A stretch of 64,000 nucleotides of DNA, from assembly GCA_965230895.1 (NCBI GenBank), contig OZ246394.1, forward strand, positions 505,316-569,315. Reading direction: 5' to 3'. A program made the translations under genes and the position numbers. The notes below the pieces were generated by a model that ran no database searches, was not told the DNA's origin, and was given only the letters and a program-made list of their open reading frames with translations. This document shows positions 59,359 to 64,000 of the stretch, one piece after another (position 1 is the first letter of the stretch; each line of letters starts with the position of its first letter). This stretch comes from an uncultured Gammaproteobacteria bacterium (GTDB lineage: Bacteria > Patescibacteriota > Microgenomatia > Levybacterales > UBA12049).

Positions 59359-60346
59359 AAACCTTGTTTTATTTTCTGGACTAGTCTTTGCAGCAAGCGG
59401 CCTTTTATTTGCTATCGCTCAGAAACTTTCTCCACTTTTGGATCATGCAGTCTATTATTGTCAATCACTTATTACAACGTATACAGCTCCTATTCCCTAT
59501 TTTTTAAGCATTATCCCGCTTGTCCTGCTTTTTTTACTCGTTGCTATCTCACTCATTAAATTCTTTACTTTAAGTACTAAAGTAACCTTACTGCGACGGA
59601 AATTACATGGCAAAAAAATCATTAGTAAAAAATTACTTTCATTATTGAAATGTCTAGGGCTAGAAAAAAACACAATGATTATCCACTCAGAAAAACCCTT
59701 TGCTTATTGTCTTGGTGTAAAAAATCCAAAAATCTATATCTCGACAGGTCTAATTGCAAAATTAAATCGAAAAGAACTTGAAGTAGTACTACGACATGAG
59801 CAGTATCATCTGGAAAATCACGATACATTTACAATGATTATTGCATCTGTTGCGTATTCGCTTCTTCCATTCTTCCCTTTACTTGGAGATTTTATTAAGA
59901 AATATCGTATAGAAAGAGAAATACAAGCAGACTCATTTGCAATCAACAAAATTGGTAGCCAATACCCTCTTATTTCAGCACTTAGAAAGCTTCTTAAATT
60001 TCCCTCCATAAAGCGTGTAGAGATTGCAGCAATTGCTGACCATGACACTCTTGAGCCAAGAATATATTCGTTACTGGATAAACGTTATAATCGTAGACAA
60101 TATAGAATAAAACATTTAGCAATAACGCTACTTTCTACATTTCTTCTTGGAACTATTATGATAAGTCCCATATACGCAGAAGAAATTCACCATGTAAACC
60201 ACGACGTTGTTATGTTCTGTACAGATGGGGCATGTATGAACTCATGTAAAAGCGAGAAAAATTTAAAAGCGATTCCTGCAACATCAAGCAGTAAAGACCG
60301 ATCAACACAGAAGGCTTCACATATGTATTCTCCTGTTAAAGATTAG
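59333..60346 (+). CDS. BlaR1-like M56 peptidase with Cys/His-rich C-terminal tail (no beta-lactam sensor domain)
   Basis: Four TM helices, zinc-metalloprotease motif LRHEQYHLENHD (HExxH). C-terminus HHVNHD...CTDGACMNSC. Confidence 0.75.
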   Translation: MNSMININKNLVLFSGLVFAASGLLFAIAQKLSPLLDHAVYYCQSLITTYTAPIPYFLSIIPLVLLFLLVAISLIKFFTLSTKVTLLRRKLHGKKIISKKLLSLLKCLGLEKNTMIIHSEKPFAYCLGVKNPKIYISTGLIAKLNRKELEVVLRHEQYHLENHDTFTMIIASVAYSLLPFFPLLGDFIKKYRIEREIQADSFAINKIGSQYPLISALRKLLKFPSIKRVEIAAIADHDTLEPRIYSLLDKRYNRRQYRIKHLAITLLSTFLLGTIMISPIYAEEIHHVNHDVVMFCTDGACMNSCKSEKNLKAIPATSSSKDRSTQKASHMYSPVKD

Positions 60347-60378
60347 CCTGTAGCAATTTTACTCTTGACATCAGTCAT

Positions 60379-60409
60379 CATATCCTACTACACTATGTAG
60401 TAGGATATG
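60379..60409. promoter_or_regulatory. BlaI/MecI-type operator: perfect 13-bp inverted repeat containing TACTACA/TGTAGTA
   Basis: catatcctactac actat gtagtaggatatg. Preceded by TTGACA (60365-60370). Overlaps the ATG of the DsbA-like gene. Confidence 0.7.
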
Positions 60410-61261
60410 CAGAAAAATATTCAACCCATAAAGGATCAAAATACAAAATCAGAAGAAAAGAAATCTTCAGGCTATGTAAATATAGCGATACCTAAATTTG
60501 CACTACCTCGCTCTACCAATGGATATCTCGTTATTGTTTTAATTATTTTTGCATTCCTACTTGGAATGTTAACAAATAAAGTTTTGTATTTAGAAAATGT
60601 TCAAAAATCTGGAGTGAATAGTCTAACAGCGAACAACCCTTCTTTAGATAACGCACAAGCTCCTCAAGCTATTCCTACTGAAGACTTAAGTCCAAAGAAA
60701 GTATCAATTGATGATGATCCAGTCATAGGAGATAAAAATGCAAAAGTTACCATAATCGATTTTACGGATTATGAATGTCCTTTCTGTAAAAAGTATTTTG
60801 ATGAGACATTCGCTCAAATAAAAAAAGAGTATATTGATAGCGGGAAAGTAAAGTATGTCGTAAGAGATTTACCACTGAGCTTTCACCAAAATGCCCCAAA
60901 AGAAGCTGAAGCAGCAGAATGCGCAAGAGAACAGGGTGGAGATGAAGGATATTTCAAATATCACGATGAAATATTTAAAAGGACAACTTCAAATGGTACT
61001 GGTCTAGCACTTAATCAACTCTCAGTTATTGCAAATGATTTAGGGCTCAATGGAGATGAATTGCAGACATGTCTCGATGCTGACAAATATAAAGCAGAAA
61101 TAGAGAAGGATCTAGCAGATGCTGGGAAAGCTGGAGCATCAGGAACACCATCATTTTTTATAGGTAAGTCTTCACCAGACAATATAATTAGCGGCACACC
61201 ACTTATCGGTGCGCAGCCATTTAGTTCGTTCAAAACTGCTATTGATCAACAGCTTCAATAG
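60407..61261 (+). CDS. DsbA-like thioredoxin-fold thiol:disulfide oxidoreductase, membrane-anchored
   Basis: N-terminal TM segment. CPFC active site (ITIIDFTDYECPFCKKYFD). Confidence 0.85.
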   Translation: MQKNIQPIKDQNTKSEEKKSSGYVNIAIPKFALPRSTNGYLVIVLIIFAFLLGMLTNKVLYLENVQKSGVNSLTANNPSLDNAQAPQAIPTEDLSPKKVSIDDDPVIGDKNAKVTIIDFTDYECPFCKKYFDETFAQIKKEYIDSGKVKYVVRDLPLSFHQNAPKEAEAAECAREQGGDEGYFKYHDEIFKRTTSNGTGLALNQLSVIANDLGLNGDELQTCLDADKYKAEIEKDLADAGKAGASGTPSFFIGKSSPDNIISGTPLIGAQPFSSFKTAIDQQLQ

Positions 61262-61327
61262 CTCAAATTTATTTACCAAGCGTAAGTGATTGATAACGAA
61301 ATATATATTTTGAAAGGAGGTGATAAT

Positions 61328-61501
61328 ATGTTTAAAAAACTAACGATAGCAACAGGAGTATTTGCAGTATCAGCAATGGCTGCGGCAACAATGACATTTG
61401 CACAAACAGCAGCACCAACAACAAGCAACACGACAACTGTATCGCCTACAAACAGTGTGGCTATGCCTAGTTCAGCACCAGCAACGGGTAAAGCTGAATA
61501 A
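61328..61501 (+). CDS. Small secreted Thr/Ala-rich protein (57 aa)
   Basis: GAAAGGAGGTG RBS. Signal peptide TIATGVFAVSAMAAATMTFAQ. Confidence 0.5.
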   Translation: MFKKLTIATGVFAVSAMAAATMTFAQTAAPTTSNTTTVSPTNSVAMPSSAPATGKAE

Positions 61502-61537
61502 ATTGGCTTTAACAAAATATAAGGGCATGGTGCGTTA

Positions 61538-62188
61538 ATGACTATTAGCGCATCATGCTCAGAAAAGAAGAATATGAAAAATAAGTTAATAGTAACAATA
61601 GTTATCATTGGTATATCTGTAGGAATTGGCTTTGGAAATTATTTATCAAAAAAAAATACAAGTAACATCGAACAAAAACAAACAGTGCTTTCAGCTCAAA
61701 CAAAAGAAAAGCAAACTGTTACTTCAAATAAACAATCTGAACCAGGTATACCATTAAAGATACAAATACCTAAAATTGATGTTGATGCCAAGATTGAAGC
61801 CGTTGGTAATGACGAGAACGGCAGAATGGATGTACCAAAAGATGCAGATGAAATTGCATGGTATGAACCAGGTTTCCTGCCAGGAAAGGATGGCAACGCA
61901 GTGCTCGCAGGACACTACGATAAAAAAGACGGGTCACCCGCCGTTTTCTGGAAATTAAATAAACTTAAAGAGGGAGATAAAATAATAGTAACTGATGATA
62001 AAGGAGAGAAACGAACCTTTTTTGTAGTTAAAATGGCTAAGTATCCTTATGATAATTTCCCTTTAGGAGAAGTCTTTGGTGATTCTGAGAGACCTATGCT
62101 TAATCTCATTACTTGTCAAGGTTCATGGAATGAAAAGTCAAATACCTACGCGGAAAGGTTAGTTGTCTATGCCCAACAAGAATTATAG
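61538..62188 (+). CDS. Sortase family transpeptidase (possibly class E/F). Alternative start at 61574.
   Basis: N-terminal TM, catalytic His (LAGHYD), LITC Cys motif, Arg in ERLVVYA. Confidence 0.8.
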   Translation: MTISASCSEKKNMKNKLIVTIVIIGISVGIGFGNYLSKKNTSNIEQKQTVLSAQTKEKQTVTSNKQSEPGIPLKIQIPKIDVDAKIEAVGNDENGRMDVPKDADEIAWYEPGFLPGKDGNAVLAGHYDKKDGSPAVFWKLNKLKEGDKIIVTDDKGEKRTFFVVKMAKYPYDNFPLGEVFGDSERPMLNLITCQGSWNEKSNTYAERLVVYAQQEL

Positions 62189-62355
62189 TATTATAAATTG
62201 TTTTGAGTTGATAAAACGAAATTAATCTACTACAATAAGTCGTAGGTATTTATATATGGCAACTTGAAGAAAGTCACTTAGTAATACTCATACTTTTATT
62301 GGGGTTATCAATGTATACCCAAAGAATATTATAGACAAATTAAATATCGAATAAT

Positions 62356-63405
62356 ATGGATTTAATAACAATATTTTTTACAGGTCTTTTTGCTGGAGCA
62401 CTTACCTGTCTTGCTGTGCAAGGCGGATTACTTGCAACTACCCTTGCACAAAGGCATGAGCAAGAGCTACAAGAAAAGACTAAGGGAACTGGTAATGCGC
62501 TTCCCATACTTTCGTTTTTAGTTGCTAAACTTGGTGCATATACATTATTAGGGTTTTTACTAGGAGGTTTTGGTTCTCTATTCCAATTGTCACTTACTGC
62601 TAATATACTATTACAATTTGGCGTTGGTATTTTTATGCTCGGCACAGCATTAAATTTACTTAATGTACACCCAATCTTCCGTTACTTTATTGTACAACCA
62701 CCTCGCTTCTTGACGAGACTCGTGAGAAAAGAATCAAAAAGCAAAAGTGTTTTAGCTCCAGCAATTTTAGGCGCATTTACCGTATTTATTCCATGCGGAA
62801 CTACACAAGCAATGATGGCTCTTGCAATAGCATCTGGCAATCCATTTTCAGGCGCTGCAATTTTGTTTGCATTTGTATTAGGAACATCTCCATTGTTTTT
62901 TACGCTTGGTTATTTGGCAACACGTCTCGGAGAAAGTATGCAACAAAAATTTACTAAAGTTGCTGCATTTACACTCATTCTTCTTGCTATATTTAACCTT
63001 AATAATGTCCTTGCACTTACTGGAAGTAAGGTGACACTTGAAAGTATAGGTAAAGGTTTCTTTTGCGCAGTGAGTTACTGCGAAAGCTCTTCAGCTTATG
63101 CCAGTAATACTAATCCAAGTAATGCAAAAGCACGTCCAGTTAATCAAGCAACAATTACAATTGAGGAGACAGGCTACAACCCAGATAATATAACCGTGAA
63201 AGCAGGATCGCAGGTTACACTTAACATAAAAAACACTGGTGGAGGTGGATGTACACAAGCATTTACATTGCCCAAATATAATATCCAAAAAGTTGTTCCA
63301 ATTGGAACTTCGGATACAATCACCTTTACAGCGCCAAACGAGCCGGGACCACTCACCTTTATGTGTAGCATGGGAATGTATCGTGGAACGATAAACGTCA
63401 TTTAA
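62356..63405 (+). CDS. Polytopic membrane protein (DsbD_2/CcdA-like TM core) fused to C-terminal cupredoxin domain
   Basis: Six or more TM helices, then ITVKAGSQVTLNIKNTGGGGCTQAF...FMCSMGMYRGTINV (Cys/Met ligands). Confidence 0.6.
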   Translation: MDLITIFFTGLFAGALTCLAVQGGLLATTLAQRHEQELQEKTKGTGNALPILSFLVAKLGAYTLLGFLLGGFGSLFQLSLTANILLQFGVGIFMLGTALNLLNVHPIFRYFIVQPPRFLTRLVRKESKSKSVLAPAILGAFTVFIPCGTTQAMMALAIASGNPFSGAAILFAFVLGTSPLFFTLGYLATRLGESMQQKFTKVAAFTLILLAIFNLNNVLALTGSKVTLESIGKGFFCAVSYCESSSAYASNTNPSNAKARPVNQATITIEETGYNPDNITVKAGSQVTLNIKNTGGGGCTQAFTLPKYNIQKVVPIGTSDTITFTAPNEPGPLTFMCSMGMYRGTINVI

Positions 63406-63410
63406 TTATT

Positions 63411-63656
63411 ATGCAAACAGTCAAACTAAAGATATACGGAATGCACTGTACAAGTTGCGCCTTTAATATAGACGGAGAACTTGAGGATAATGAGGGAGTT
63501 AAAGAATCGAAGACAAACTATGCCAAGCAGCAAACAGAAGTTATATTCGATGGAGAAAAAGTATCAGCAAAGCAATTAGTTTCTATTATTAAGAGTTTGG
63601 ACACTGCATATGATGCTGAAATAATTAATATTACACCTTATAGCAAAATACGATGA
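63411..63656 (+). CDS. copZ: Copper chaperone, HMA domain
   Basis: GMHCTSCAFNI metal-binding motif. About 80 aa. Confidence 0.85.
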   Translation: MQTVKLKIYGMHCTSCAFNIDGELEDNEGVKESKTNYAKQQTEVIFDGEKVSAKQLVSIIKSLDTAYDAEIINITPYSKIR

Positions 63657-64000
63657 AAAGAAAAGTGATTTACGCACTTATTATTGCCTTTTTACTTACA
63701 GATATTATTGTCATTGGTTTTGTCCTCAATAAAATGTATAACAAGCCTGAAAAGACTCATTTCCATGCTGGCATCCAAGTGTATGTTAATGGAAAATTGC
63801 AGGACTTTTCAGATGAAAAATATATGAATACCACCCCATGCGCTCTTAAAGAAAACTCAAATGAACATGAATCACCTGAAGAAATCCAAATGGAAAAAGC
63901 ACATCTACATGACAATATAGGCAATGTTGCTCATGCACATTTAACAGGGGGCAAATGGAAAGATCTATTCCAAAATATGAAGTATGATATTGTTTCAAAA
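63653..64000 (+). CDS. Hypothetical membrane protein with His-rich motifs, 3' truncated by the window end
   Basis: ORF start with one TM helix. HLHDNIGNVAHAH segment. Confidence 0.4.
   Translation, partial: MKRKVIYALIIAFLLTDIIVIGFVLNKMYNKPEKTHFHAGIQVYVNGKLQDFSDEKYMNTTPCALKENSNEHESPEEIQMEKAHLHDNIGNVAHAHLTGGKWKDLFQNMKYDIVSK

Overview
AT-rich bacterial chromosomal window (about 85 genes). Strong AAGGAGGTG ribosome-binding sites, GAAC-N4-GTTC LexA boxes, a sortase and CPR-style repeat peptides point to a Gram-positive-like or Patescibacteria-like lineage. There is no rRNA and no CRISPR array. Housekeeping genes are enolase, glutamate racemase, MgtE, a LexA/DinB SOS cassette, a class II photolyase, and two orphan sensor histidine kinases. 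Two tRNAs are present (tRNA-His-GTG on the minus strand with encoded CCA, tRNA-Arg-TCG on the plus strand). Noteworthy content: (1) a 2-hydroxyethylphosphonate biosynthesis operon (PEP mutase, phosphonopyruvate decarboxylase, Fe-alcohol dehydrogenase) next to a stand-alone CTP_transf_like cytidylyltransferase, which is Fom1/Fom2/FomC-like logic without fosfomycin tailoring genes. (2) Three paralogous mini GIY-YIG genes embedded in repeat-bounded cassettes. One lies between a full tRNA-His and a hairpin-interrupted copy of its first 24 nt, one is flanked by 29-bp terminal inverted repeats, and one sits downstream of tRNA-Arg behind a 10-bp hairpin. (3) A prophage-like island (about 44.1-53.0 kb) with an S24 LexA/CI-like repressor heading a translationally coupled operon of small HTH, cGAS/DncV-like (SMODS) nucleotidyltransferase, 2TM SLATT-like effector and an unknown gene. 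This is a candidate CBASS-like abortive-infection module under a LexA-type switch. The island also carries a ParB-fused N6/N4 methyltransferase, a second methyltransferase, and small and large terminase, but no integrase or structural genes. (4) A copper-homeostasis island (53.7-63.7 kb) with a CsoR repressor and palindromic operator, cupredoxins, DUF305, HXXEE, CopA, a YVTN propeller, a BlaI/CopY repressor plus a BlaR1-like M56 protease with a Cys/His-rich C-terminus, a perfect BlaI-type operator, DsbA-like, sortase, a TM-cupredoxin fusion and CopZ.
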